From Bigelowiella natans CCMP2755 (Eukaryota > Protista > Cercozoa), in the NCBI GenBank assembly GCA_000320545.1, contig ADNK01000643.1, positions 1 to 64,000 of the forward strand: DNA of 64,000 nt, given 5' to 3'. Numbering within the stretch: the stretch's first letter is position 1; each line of letters begins with the position of its first letter. Position numbers and translations under genes: made by a program. This document shows, piece by piece, positions 1 through 13,150 of this stretch. The notes beneath the pieces were generated by a model. That model was not told the origin of the DNA. It saw only the letters and a program-made list of their open reading frames with translations, and searched no databases.

Positions 1-275
1 ACCAGACCTTGGCAGGGTGCAAACCAAGGGGAAAGGGGGTGGGAGAGACGGTAGAGGCGTGAGTAACTCGGCCCACATGAATTCTCATAAATTTCATTTT
101 GACAGACTTCACAGAGAAATTGCGTAGCTGCCCAGAATGTTCAAAATACGGCTCTCGGTCGGCTTGAAGAACGTACCAGGGACCGTCGCCGGTGCCGGTA
201 AGAACATGTGCGATTGCAGTGAGGATAGTGGGAAAAGAAAAAGGAAAAACGTTCGTTAAAATACTAAAACAGAAT

Positions 276-316
<41 letters not shown>

Positions 317-664
317 ACGCACCAACGCATCTTCGATCCCCGTGCATGATGCCTCTCACTGTTACGCTAGCAGCATTAGTTCTCTGCTACCACTCACTAC
401 CACTACTTACTCTACTACTACGGCGACTACTACTGCTACTACTAACAACAACAAAAACAACTAAACGATGCGCAGATGGCACTCACACACCCACACCCAC
501 CCCTTCTGTAAAAGGCCCTTGCCATCCTCCATTGACGTCTTGCCAGTAGAACCCCTTCCCTGATCGTCATTTTGCATGGTATCAGTGGTAAATAGTAGCG
601 GACCGGTAAATAATACGCAAATGAGAGGCCAGCGTCGGTTCCATAAAAGGGAAGTAAAAATGGT

Positions 665-1758
665 AAGATCTACGCCTTGACGTCGTCCAGTGTGTTGGAG
701 AAAGAGAAAAAGAGAGAGAAGTGGGAGGAGGGGGGGGGGAAGAGAATAGGGATAGACAGGAGTCTTACAATACAGGATGTGGGATGAAAATTATACCATC
801 TTCGGCGCTTACGACACTTCCCAGCCCCCCATATGCCCCGGCCGAGGAGGCAGTTCTCGCCGCAATCTGCGCGTTGACCTGAGGTGTGTGGGGGGGAGAC
901 GGGCCACGGCTATGCTTTCTAGAGAAAAGATGATGCGAAGGCCTTGTTTGTGCAAAGAGTCTGGGTGGGGGGAGGGGGCAGCGAATAGAAGGCAAGATAG
1001 ATGAAACAACCACAGAATGACCTCTTCTTGGTACTCATCTGCCGTTGGTGATACGCAGTAACCGCAGTTCTCAGGATCCCTTCGGCCAAACGACGATGAC
1101 GATGACACGTATAATGAGTCACCAAAACTCACTCACACATGCACACACACACACACAGAGAGATGCATGCTTGCTCATCAATTTACGCTGATACAAGGCC
1201 GAGTTGTCATCACCCTCCCCCAATACTACTACCTGCTGCCGTCATTAACATCCATCCTCCACATGTTGTACAGTTGCTCGTCCTCTGATGTTGATTTATG
1301 CGGGAAGCAAGGGAAAGGCGAGGCGGGAACGTGGAACGTTAAGGATGATCATGAAGAAGATAATAGGAGTAAGATTATGATGACTACGGCCATTACGGCA
1401 GCTGCGAACACCCGATGAAATCTACGGCAAATTGCGCACGAATACCGAGAAGATGCGCTAAGAGCGTCACAGAGCTCCCTGCCTTTATCTTCTCTGGTTG
1501 CAGCATAATCTGAGGAATTATAGAGGAGGAGGAGGAGAGGAGGAGGAGGAGAGGAGGAGGAGGAGGAGGAGGAGGAGGAGGAGGAGGAGGAGGAGGAGGA
1601 GGAAAAATGATGAGGTTTGGATGGTTACAGATTTGAGATAGATGATGATGTTTTCAAAAGAGACTCTACCGGGAGATCCATGGGTAACTGCGAGCGCCAG
1701 TTCTTCAGTTCTTGTCTGACCAGATGATGTCATGACCCACCACCACCAGCACCAGCAC

Positions 1759-1793
<35 letters not shown>

Positions 1794-3060
1794 CCATCTG
1801 AAACAACAATAACAACATCGGGATAAGAACTGCTCAAGTTGAACTACCGACCTGGTGAACGGACCCTGAATTTCATCCTGGGCATCCTACAATTATGCAG
1901 GACGAGGGAGAGAATAAGAAGAAGGAGGAGGAGGAGGCGGAGGATATATGGAAGCATAGCGATGGTAGTGAATAATACGAAGAGATAAATAGAAAAAGAG
2001 GGATAGACGATGTTAAAAAATTGCACGAGACTGAATTAAACCACCAATCGGAGGTAGTAATTCACATGCTGCTTGGGTTTCTTACCTGGTAGTAGAACGT
2101 GCGGTTGCTCGCATCGATATTTTGGATGTACGTGCACCATTCCTTTGATATTTCCAGTCTTGAAGATGATGAATCCCCTCCTCCTCGAATGGTCCGCCAA
2201 GAGAGCACAGAAAGAGGATCTCGCACCAAAGTTGGAGAGCGTTGTCTACGTACTAGTGGACGGTAAGAAGAAGGACCTCAATATCGTGTGAAAATGGACA
2301 GCAGCACGCAAAACATCTAAGATCTACGAGTGCGCACAAAGTCAAATTACCTCTACTCCTAGGGACGCCGCTTCTTATTAGCCTTCTTTCCTCAACCACG
2401 TGTGCCACGACGGAGGTGAGGATAGTCAGAAGCAACAAGGATCGAAACATAGGAAGAATTGATGCCCTCCTGCGATGGGTTATTCTCGAATTTCAACGTT
2501 GAAGAAAGACACACACACACACACACGCACACACGCACACACGCACACACGCACACACGCACACACGCACACACGAGTTCATTTTACTCACCCCCGGTAC
2601 CATTGAAGACGAGATCTTCTGGGAAGAAGGGGGTTGCAGTTGAGAAGGGCCATTGTGGGGTTCAGATTACTGTTGGTGCGACCTCGGTAACCTCCACGCT
2701 GGCCCGATGCCCCCCTCTGTTAATCCGCGAAGAGGTTCTGGTTTTCCGATCTAGGGTTGGGCAGTGCGGGAGGAAAATGAGCGAAAGGCTCGGCTAAGGC
2801 CAGTTCGAAAGGAAAATGGCCTGTGTTTGTGGCGGATGAATCAAAGGGCGATTTGTCCCTACGTCATCATCTGTGTTGATCCGTCGCTAAAAATCCTGTT
2901 TTGTGAGGATTTCAGGTTGTCGCAATCTTCATTCCCCCTGCTGCATATGTTTTCATTCGGTATCGGCTCGGGTCGGAAGGGGGAAAGAAATTTCCGAAAC
3001 GTTCATCGTCGACCCGGAAGAACAGGATGCTGTAGTTGATGGGAACATACATTCCTTGTT
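665..3060 (-). CDS. Probable multi-exon gene, product unknown
   Basis: Short minus-strand open segments bounded by AG/GT between microsatellite introns, e.g. RGASGQRGGYRGRTNSNLNPTMALLNCNPLL (~2720-2590), EWCTYIQNIDASNRTFYYQ (~2150-2087) and HKSTSEDEQLYNMWRMDVNDGS (~1300-1230). No recognisable domain; ends uncertain. Confidence 0.35.
1522..1602. repeat. (GGA)n microsatellite, representative of many intronic (AC)n, (AG)n, (CAT)n, (TAC)n and (GGA)n runs
   Basis: Directly visible. Confidence 0.95.
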
Positions 3061-4024
3061 TGTTCCACAAGGTTGTAAGAACTCGCACAGCAAAGAAAAT
3101 ACGCATAGTTTAATTGAGTTTTGTTTTTGTGTTCGTGTTCTGTTTTTGGTTTGTGTCGCGATCAGGAAGCGAAGAGGAAGGTGTTCCTTTTTCGGAGGTA
3201 GGCACGAGCACTTCTAAGGATCTGCGCAGATCAACATTCAATTACTGGACGCCATCCTGAATTCTCGTCTATGCAAACCTGCTGAGCTGCAAGCGTCGTG
3301 CGTGAATGACTAGGCGCAAGTAGCAGGACTTGTTCGAATACGATGTTCTCACATTTCGCCGTTGGTGGAAAGTTTCTGCGGTGGAAATGATCGATAAATT
3401 ATGATAAACAAGCTAGAAATCCATCATTACCCTACATGCACAGTGTGGTGTGTGCGGTCGATGGATGCTTGCAAGTACGCGCCGGATCGACAAACAATGC
3501 GTGCATATCTAGACATGTGAAAAATAATCTTTATTTGCGCTGGCAGACGAGCCACTATCATGAAACTTTGCTACTTGGCACACATGTATCTGCTTGTACG
3601 TGGCTGCATGCCACATGTTGCGTAATTAAACATGAGACAAACATAAATCGAAGGTGCGTAGCGGCGCACACACAGCTATCGACGAGACTACCGACTAGTT
3701 TTGTGCATTGGTACAAGAGGGTTCATGCTGCAGGACATAATAATCGTAAATACATGTCTATCATGGACGTGCATAATATCGATCGAGACCTTGTTGATCC
3801 TCAAATTTATGCTTCATTGATACTTCAAAAATGTGTGTCATATCATCGTTTCGCTTGCAACTTCGCGTGCGGCACGAGCCATTTCGCTTGATCTTCAACC
3901 ACAGGACGCCCCTCGCTATTCAGCCAACTATTATATAGCCAAAAGAGCTTTACTTCCAAGGCACCAGTCTCTCAGTAATAGAGCATGAAAATGTATGTGA
4001 GCTACCTGGAGAGCATATCTCTTT

Positions 4025-5989
4025 CTAATGCACAGATCTTATTGTGGGCGAGTGGAAGAGCGCCAGGAAAGACAACTGAATCGAACCACATTCATATAAG
4101 TATTCTCTCATGCCAGTCTTGTGTCGCCAATCAACTGATGATAGCATAGCGAACTGACCTGTGACTTCTTCCCATCCGATCGCAGTAAGAGACCGCGACA
4201 TTTCATCCATCAGTGCCCGCCGCTCTACGCACAGACAACACAAGTGAATATGAAAGTGTTAGGTTCATTCTGCTTGGAAGCAGTTAAATGACTTTTGTGA
4301 GAAAGCTCTTCGCTCGGCCAAATGCCGTCATTTATCCCTTGCGTGGCTGATTCTGCTGCGAGAGTGCTGTACACATCCTTCGACGATGTCGTTCGCCGCA
4401 ACACTACTCCAGATTCTAATAGGGAGAAGAGGAAGGGAGAAGGATGGTGATGATATAGTGTGTGGCCGAACATCACAGGCCGGCAGAAAGATCTTACTAC
4501 CTGCTGGCTTCGTAACGTACATGACCCTCCTCAATGGGCCTCCTGGGTGTGCGGACTCATACGGCACCTGTTGCATAGAGGGAAGAGCATGAGAATGGAG
4601 GGAGGAGGCATCGTAGCTGATCGATGAAATTTGAGAATGGATGGTCGTTGACAGAATAGGAAATTTATGAAGATGAGCAGATGTGACACGGCACAATTAT
4701 TCTGGAAATTTTGAGTATTTTCGATACAGAAGGCATCACACACCATTCATTCAAGGAAAACCTAAGACAGCAAACGCTTCAATGCTAAATTACCAGAAAG
4801 TCGTTCTCTGCATTGGCATACGCGCAGCGCGCAGTGAAGGCCTTCAATGCCTCCGTGAAGTCATTTGCTGCGTTGTCCTTGTCCCGCAGTCGCATTTTGT
4901 TGCTTTCGTCGTCGACGCTATTGTCACTCCTTCTTGTTCCTCTTCTTCGGATCCTTCCCCTCCATCCCCTTGGCAAATAGCTGTAATTATCACTGCAATG
5001 TTGGCAATGTACTCCCGCCATGGCGGCCAAGAGAGGCCTACTATTGACACTAGTAAAGCTATCACCCTTTAGACTCTCTTTCGTCTGCATCAATATCTGC
5101 TCCTCCGTGTTCAGCTCCTTCTCCTTTTCCTTCTCCTCTTCCTGCCTCTTATATGTACCGCAGTCGCTGTCGAACAAGAGCAGCTCGCATATCGTCTGGC
5201 CGAGAAGCCCTCGAGACGCGATGCGTTGCAAGCTCTCTGGGACTAGCGAAAGATACCTTTTGCGTGATAGGGAGGCCGTTACGGACATATCTCACCTAGC
5301 GACTAGAGGCGCTACTCGGATATGAATGGGGTTATCATGATGTGCGAGAGTCACAAACAAACAACATGAGTAGCTTCACCCGTGTACGCCAACGCCCAGG
5401 TGCGGTGTTGCCGTAGTTAAGAACTTGTACGGCTTCAAACCAGCGATCGTACTACTCCTAAAGAAGATTTTTGCGATAGAGGTCAATATCTTCCTACGTA
5501 GCCCTTTTCCAGAATCCCACAAAACCCTCAGATTTCAACACATTAGTCGCTGATACCGCAGCATTCCTCAGTAGTAATTACCGAGAGTCATATAGCATCA
5601 TCATCGCATAGCGACAGTAGATCCCTCCAAGGGAGTTTCCGACCATTGAAATCCTCTTTGTGTGTAGCATGTGCAGCACAGAATAGCGAACAAAACGACC
5701 ATGTATTCACCTCCTCAAGTCGCCATGACAACACACATGAGGTGCATAGATAGCGCATATCAAATCATTCTGGGATTGAAGCTTCAATAAGAAGCCTGGA
5801 TCAAGACAGTGCAGCATATTACAGTGCGCTATGGAGATGTAGCACCGGCATGAGTGCAAACCATTCGCCTTATTTTAATTGAAAGTGGTTGGCGTTTGTA
5901 AATCGCAGCACCTTCAGAGAGGGGTTCCTCTTGACGATCAGTCGTATCTCTGTGGCTAACCTCGAACCTCCTACATTTTGGATCCGGCA

Positions 5990-6042
<53 letters not shown>

Positions 6043-6477
6043 AGAAGCGAATCGGACGAGGCATGAATATGAATCGATCAAGAAGTAGAAGGTGGATATG
6101 AGTAGAGCAGAAGAGGAGAGAAAGAATTAAAAATGCGTATGTGGGAAGAAACATGAATCATACATTCAAACACGTTTTGAAGGGTTAGACATCCATCTCC
6201 AATCACAAATTCTTTCTTCCTATTCCCATATTTTCCTTGCTCTTCCACCTTTACCTTCTCGGACGCCATCAAACGTCTTGAAAGCACCGGAATTGCAGCG
6301 TGCAAGATGGACGATCGCGGCAGGATCTCTCTTCTCAAGGCATTGTTTTAGATATGAAAGATCTTCTGGCTGTCCTCCTTGCCAATATTATTCATAAGAT
6401 GGATATGGCAGCACAAGAAAATCAGAACTATTTAATGGGACGGTAGCTTTTCGTTATTCTCCCTCACTCTCCCTCCC

Positions 6478-6529
<52 letters not shown>

Positions 6530-6720
6530 CGTATATGTATATATGTGTGTATCATATGCGTTTGTTTTCCCTTCTTACCGAGACCATGGACGAGAATGTA
6601 TCTGAAGATTATTGAATTGTATGTGAGGTTGGCTGCTGTGTGTATAAGGCTGTAGGCAAGTAGAGCTATTGAGCCATAAAATCCAGGTGATATCCGAAAC
6701 CACTTAGCAGCACGGCGCAT
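4025..6720 (-). CDS. DUF676 putative serine esterase/lipase (alpha/beta hydrolase), multi-exon
   Basis: Spliced motifs in family order: YILVHGLG, EDLSYL, KTFDGV, GSRLATEI, nucleophile elbow ISMVGNSLGGIYCRYA (~5650-5585), FLTTATPHLGV (~5430-5395), FTEALKAFTARCAYANAENDFL, MSRSLTAIGWEEV. May extend 5' to an ATG at 7328. Confidence 0.8.
6483..6526. repeat. Intronic (TA)n microsatellite
   Basis: Perfect TA run; equivalent runs at 10618-10652, 25560-25615 and 35615-35648. Confidence 0.95.
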
Positions 6721-7429
6721 TATAAAGGTATTCTAATGTGGCAGTCCTCGCGTGCAAAGACTCAATTCTGTACTTGGTTCATTTCACTACTATGTAAATT
6801 GCGCATTATTTTGGTACTTCCTAGTTTTGGTGTTTTAAGATTATTACATATCTTCTGGCTGGTTTGCCCGAATAGCACTCCGAACAAGGCTGAGCCTGCT
6901 TAGTAGGGAGTGGGGCACATATTGCATGGCGTGTGTTCGAGTACGTTTGTGAATATATCTCTGTGATTGGTAAATTGACGTGAAAGATCTGTTTCCGTAA
7001 TATGATCCTGGAATCGTATGCTTTCTGAAACAGGCACCTGCTGCGCCGCGGTATCGCCGAGGCGCGATCACCATTCCATCTAGACCATTGTAGCCTTCCG
7101 TTTTTTCCCAACGGCCAAACGACATTGTTATTATTGTTATTTCTACTCGGTTCCCGTGAGGTTGGTGCAAAAGCAGTAGCTAGGCCTCCTACTCCTACAG
7201 AAAGCGGTCAAGATTATGCAAGACTTCGCCCCAATTTACTGTTGCACACAAGTTCGGCTACCAGAGAATGGGGCTGCTCTGTGCGGGGGCGGAAGCATCG
7301 CACACAGAGCAGCAATGAGCATCGACATTGTATCGGAAATAGGACGCAGCTCCCCTCAGTTCTGCCCGTGCCGTCTGTCAGTTGAAGATTTGAAATAATT
7401 AATCCATTCGAATGGCGGAGTCGGCGATG

Positions 7430-7545
7430 TGCAATTTTCAGCCTACGACAATGTTTTCCCTCCAATTCTTGTCGCAGACACTAATTCACCTTGGGACCAA
7501 TACGCGATGGTGATTGGCGGAGAGAATGTGACGCTGGAGGCAAGG
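7430..7545. repeat. ~110-bp dispersed repeat, second copy at 37760-37860
   Basis: Shared GCAATTTTCAGCCTACGACA.TGTTTTCCCTC...CTTGTCGCA.ACAC.AATT..CCTTGG.ACCAAT.CGCGA in the same orientation. Confidence 0.85.
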
Positions 7546-7862
7546 GCAATCCGTTTCTGATGCGGAGGTGATTCTGTGTCGTACGTATGAAAGGGAGAGT
7601 GGGGTCAAAATAGTCGTATTAGCGACAAGAAATAAACATTGTCGCACAACGACAAATCGTTTGTGTTTACCCGTTACGGAGAACACTCGGATCTTTCTAT
7701 CTTGAAAGCCAGCCGACAGGGAGAGGAGAGATCTGATTGGCTTTGGCCGAACTCAAGACTACAGCAGAACAGGGTGATAAAAGCAAGCAGGCTCCACAAC
7801 TCAACAGAACAAAGGAAACAAAGAAAACAAAGAAAGAAGGAAAAGAAAGAAAGCTGGAAACA

Positions 7863-8480
7863 ATGTCGATGCAGATTTTCGTAAAGACGCTGGTTGGACG
7901 GACCATCACTCTAGATGTGAAAGCAGGCGACACCATCAACACGGTGAAGCAGAAGATACAAGACAAAGAGGGCATACCTCCTGATCAGCAGCGACTTGTG
8001 TTTGCTGGTAAGGAGCTGCAAGATGGTCGGGCTCTTAGTGACTACGGAGTTGAGAAGGAGAACACATTGCATCTCGTTCTGCGACTACGTGGTGGGTCTG
8101 GAGAAATGCAAATATTCGTAAAGACGCTGGTTGGACGGACCATCACTCTAGATGTGAAAGCAGGCGACACCATCAACACGGTGAAGCAGAAGATACAAGA
8201 CAAAGAGGGCATACCTCCTGATCAGCAGCGACTTGTGTTTGCTGGTAAGGAGCTGCAAGATGGTCGGGCTCTTAGTGACTACGGAGTTGAGAAGGAGAAC
8301 ACATTGCATCTCGTTCTGCGACTACGTGGTGGGTCTGGAGAAATGCAAATATTCGTAAAGACGCTGGTTGGACGGACCATCACTCTAGATGTGAAAGCAG
8401 GCGACACCATCAACACGGTGAAGCAGAAGATACAAGACAATGTTCGAACAACCTCGATCATGTTCATGTGCATTTTGTGA
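7863..8480 (+). CDS. Divergent polyubiquitin: 2 complete 79-aa units plus a third truncated at 8440
   Basis: 237-bp units start at 7869, 8106 and 8343 ([18 protein letters not shown]...LRLRGG) joined by an SGE linker. The third unit breaks after KQKIQD. May be a pseudogene. Confidence 0.9.
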   Translation: MSMQIFVKTLVGRTITLDVKAGDTINTVKQKIQDKEGIPPDQQRLVFAGKELQDGRALSDYGVEKENTLHLVLRLRGGSGEMQIFVKTLVGRTITLDVKAGDTINTVKQKIQDKEGIPPDQQRLVFAGKELQDGRALSDYGVEKENTLHLVLRLRGGSGEMQIFVKTLVGRTITLDVKAGDTINTVKQKIQDNVRTTSIMFMCIL

Positions 8481-9400
8481 GCGCTTTGAGAGCATGTGAA
8501 AGCAAATGAAATTTAGGATGACATTGCAATGCAAGCCAATGACCTGCATCGACACTTTTGCAACCGTGCTCACCATGGACATGTGGGTTTGCATTTGCGT
8601 GCCATTGCCGGTCATTGCGTGCGAACAAGTGAAGTTGCGAATTGGGAAATTTTGACAAAACCCAAAGACACATTTGGTGCTTGTGATTGAACTGAATGCG
8701 CCAAAGTGTGTTTTTTTGTCATTTCCGAAAAAATGGCCATGTTCATTTGGGGAGGCTAGGATGACGCAATGCACAGCACTTTGCACGCATGTTGCATTGC
8801 TGTGCCTGTCATGACTAGATGATTCCATGATGTTGTCTCATCATCATTGAACGCATTTGCAAACGCATGCAAGGTGCCAGCCAGCTAGCTAGCCAGGCTT
8901 CCACATCATGTGCATGTGTTTGCACGCGGCGCCTTCTCTGATTCTTGCTGGGTGCCATCACTCATCTGTCATGCGCAGTCACTGCTGGACTGGTTTGTTG
9001 TGTGTTTGTTCCAACTTTCGTGTTCCGAGCAGGCGACAAAACATCAGCACATCTTGGCTTGCACAGCATCTAAAGATGTGCGGCTCCTGCTGTTCTAGTA
9101 TCAGTCGCCTAGCATGTGCACTTTTTCCATGTTTCTTGTTCAACCCAAGCTGGCAACTACTTGTATTTGCAATGAGCGATGCGATACGATGTGCATGCTA
9201 GCATGTGCACACAATTGTGCGCGGGGGACTCGTGGCCCAATGCTGCCACAGGCTAACCGCCGCATCGGCAACAAAGTACAACTGGCGACCATGGACATAT
9301 GTCAAATGTTGCTAGGTTGTGCACAGGCAATGAGCTAGCAAATGGGAGACCGCTAGACAGGCCAAAAAAACATCGTGTCACATGCTCATACTGGTATAAT
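8441..9400. other. TpA-depleted, CA/TG-rich intergenic island A
   Basis: Only 3 TpA in 8441-8880 (TTAG, CTAG, CTAG). In 8880-9400 the remaining TpAs are mostly CTAG. Confidence 0.9.
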
Positions 9401-9597
9401 TTTCTGCGATCTTGTGGTTTACGCATCGCACTTTTATTGGCGGTGGGCGACGTTGTCGTCACGAATCATGCTTGTATTATTTTTATTATTGGAGAAATAT
9501 ATAACTTTCCATGCACCATTGGCACGGCTTCAATGATTAGCGGATTCATCGCGACTGAAACGATTCCTAGACAAATACCTCTATCCCAGCACTATCT

Positions 9598-10615
9598 TTA
9601 AAAGAATTTACCGATGTCTCCCCACGCTTTTTTTGATTTCTTGCGTTGTTTGAGGGCGGACAGGTTCAAATCCGATTCCTTCGGAGGCCGAATGCGCTTC
9701 ATATACCTGCAGCAAGGATGGTGTTGATCAGATTGATGATGCTACGAACACACCCTAATTCAAATCGCCAACTCGCATGGGTTTTATCGCCGTTACATTT
9801 CTAAAGGGAAACAAGATGAAAGAACATGCATCACAAAGACATCCTGCGGCGCCGCTGAAACTCGGGTATAAAGATTCGTAGAGGAGGGGTTAACAGTAAT
9901 GAGGGTGAACAGTACTTTCCAATCTCCACTCCCCTCCTGACTGGCTTCATCTAGAGATAAATGATGATGATAATGATGATGATAATGATGATGATAATGA
10001 TGATGATGATGATGATGATGGCAGCACAGAACAAGAACATGATGACCCATGAGAATACGTTGGAGATTATGCTACTATTATTATTATTATTATTATTAGT
10101 TGTAATAGTAGTCGTTGTTGTAGCAGTAATGGTGGTGGTAGTAATCCAACAGTAGCAAGAAAGAGAGTGATTGTGGCGGTAGATAGTCCTAGTGATAATG
10201 GTGTCCAGTAGCACGTACATTAGGGGCTGGTGCAGAGAACCACTTCCCAGCTTTCGTTCTCAGACGCTCCTCCTCAGCTTCCTTCTTAGCCTAAAGTAGC
10301 ATCGTTCGAGGTAGCAGCAGCAGGAGTATTAGTATCCTCATCATCGGTAATACCATCATCAGTATCATCATCATCATCATCATCACCATTTTCACCTTCA
10401 TGATGCTAATACAAAGAGCAAGTGAGCGGGTGAGACACGCGCTCCTTCTAACCCTTTCCAAGCGCCGTAGTAAGTAGTACGTACCTCTTCTTGCTTCTTG
10501 CGTATCTGCTTTGGCACCCACTTCTCTTTGAATGGGTTTTGAAATACCTGTTTGATTCGTGGTGCCCCATACCACCATCAATTTCGAAACGCCTCAAATC
10601 CAATATACCACACAT

Positions 10616-10656
<41 letters not shown>

Positions 10657-12703
10657 CATTAATATGAGTGTCTGTCTGTCTGTCTGTCTGTCTGTCTGCG
10701 TGTGTGTGTGTGTGTGTGCGACTGATGTGATGAGTACAGACGCGTATACTTTTATTTCCGCCACTACTACTACAACTACTACTACCACTCTATTACCTTT
10801 GTGTCCAAGATGCGAATGGCTTCCTTCGGACGGTCGCGGTTGGGAGAGTTGAAGGCTGTATCGGTCTCTACAGCTTCCATCTTATCAAGCACGCTCAGCC
10901 CTCCCACAACCTCGCCGAATATCTGAAGCAACGCCGCAGCAGAAGGAAGAATTGGATGAAAGGGCGGAATGAGCAAGAACGGTAGCAGCAAGTTAGTGGG
11001 AGTGGAGAACCCCTCCTTCCTTATCATTATTGGTTCTCTTACTAGAACGGATTGTCCTCCCCCCCTCCCTCCCCTCATACCGCATCCGCATGCTCTACTT
11101 ACGGAGTGTTTCCCGTCGAGGTGCTTGGCCGGTCCAAAGAGGATGAAGAACTGGGAGCCGTTGGTATCCTGATTATTCGGTTTATTGCAAGTTTGTACGT
11201 TTTGTTGTAGTTGTTACTCTTGCTGTTTGCTGTTGCTGTTGTTGTTGATGATGATGATGATAATGATGGCCGCCACACTACTACAGACTCAGCAGCAGTT
11301 CCTAAGGCTAATGCCACACCTTCCCCGCATTCGCCATGCTCAGGAGCCCTCTTTTGGTGTGTGAGAGAGTCGAATCTATCTCATCCTAACGGCAACAAAG
11401 AGACAGGGCTGTCAGAAGCATGTTTCCGCAAAGAAAAGCAGAGAGCAAGGGAGGGGAGGAGAGGGATTTTAGCACCTTGAACTTCTTCCCCCACGCTGAC
11501 TTTCCGCCGCGTCCTGTCCCTGTAGGATCGCCTCCTTGGATCATGAAGTTCTTGATGAGGCGGTGGAACATGATGCCCTTGTAGTAGCCTTTCTCGCAAA
11601 GGGTGAGGAAGTTGTGGCAAGTGCGGGGCGCCTACCATCAACAAACGAGAAGAAGAAGAAGAGGAAAAACAAAGCTTAACACAGAGAAGATCATGGTGGC
11701 AAGTAGCGAATGGTAACCCCTCCCCCCCCTCCACCCCCTCTCGTTTTAATCATGAGAACAAATATGCGCAGGGGAGGAGGAGAAGAAGAAGAAGAAAGTA
11801 TATAGTCGATAATACCTTTGCTACGTAGAGCATAAAGTTGAGATCACCCTTGGTGGTTTTCAGCTTCACATATGCCGGCTTTGTCGCCTATTTGCCCTTC
11901 ATCTAATGTCGCAGCAATCGTGGTAGTAGTGGTAGTTGTTGTGGTAAGTAAGTAAGTGAGTTGTGGCACAAAAGAATCTTCATCATTTCTTCTCTGACTT
12001 AATGCCAGAGGACACATTCTCCTTTTCATCGAACAACACCCACAACATCAGCGAACACAATATCACAACACCCCCTCCCTCTGCTCTTTTCTTCTTCCTC
12101 CTCCTCCTCCTCACCCCCCCCCCCCCCTCATTTTTCGCTCACTTACCTCCTTGTATCGCTGCTCACGGATCTCATCCTCGGTCATTGGCCTGACCTGATT
12201 CTTGGTAACAGGCGTCATAGCTGTGGAAGTAAACGAACCAGAGCACTCCCCGGAAGTATAGGCCGACATCGGTACCATAATTGCCGCCTTTTCCGCCGCT
12301 GCTTTCGCCTCCATCCGTTTCTTTTTCCGGAGCGCCGCCTCCTTCATCACCTAGAGGGAGGAGGGGGGTAGGAAAGGATAGATGTCCATACTTATCTATC
12401 ACTATTGGCTATCCGTGTGACTGTGAGCGCATTTCATCGTTCCATGAATCGTTAAATTCGAGGTGGTATGCAGTGATGATGGTGGTGGTGATGACGATCT
12501 ACCTTCTGAATGGATTCGTCACCTCCCACGCCTGATGTAGAAGAAGCATCTTTCCCTTCTTCACCTCCCTCCCCCTCCTCGCCCTCCTTCTTCTTCAGGT
12601 GCAAATATGATGTGATGTTGCGAGCGTTACTGCGGAGAGGGATGGGGGAGGTACGGAAGGACGTTGGCTTGTAATGGAGTTGTACTAATGTGCAGGGTTA
12701 TCT

Positions 12704-12791
<88 letters not shown>

Positions 12792-13119
12792 TCGTATTGA
12801 CAGATCTCAATGTACATCAACCACCACCTCAAATAACAACAGCTCCATACCTAAAGTTGTGGGGGTCTTGAATTGATATAATATCGCTCCGCTTGAATGA
12901 TTCACCAGTAAGCTAACAGCAGTTTAACAGTGAGGAAGGAAGAAAAAGATAATTTGAGTGACGACAATGTGACGATAAAAGCTCTTTTTGAAAGCGATGT
13001 CTCCCCCTCTAAATCTCTCACTGATTCCTGTCACCATTCCCAACATCTCCTCGTCATTTATTCTTGTTTGCATGTTGTTGCTCTTCTTCCTCCCCTCCTC
13101 CCCCTCCTCCTCTTGCTTC

Positions 13120-13150
<31 letters not shown>

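Noticed and set aside
6380-6400. In-frame TAA suggesting a non-standard genetic code (also ~2720)
   Set aside because: The 6.4-kb case is explained by an intron acceptor (GGCAAG|GA); the ~2720 case probably by TAACAG|. Recognisable genes end at TAA or TAG as expected.
7622-7648. Hairpin GCGACAA...TTGTCGC as a Helitron 3' end
   Set aside because: Only a 7-bp stem, with no CTRR terminus following.
9793-10581. Poly-H, poly-M, poly-I and poly-L ORFs here and throughout the window
   Set aside because: Translations of intronic trinucleotide and dinucleotide microsatellites.
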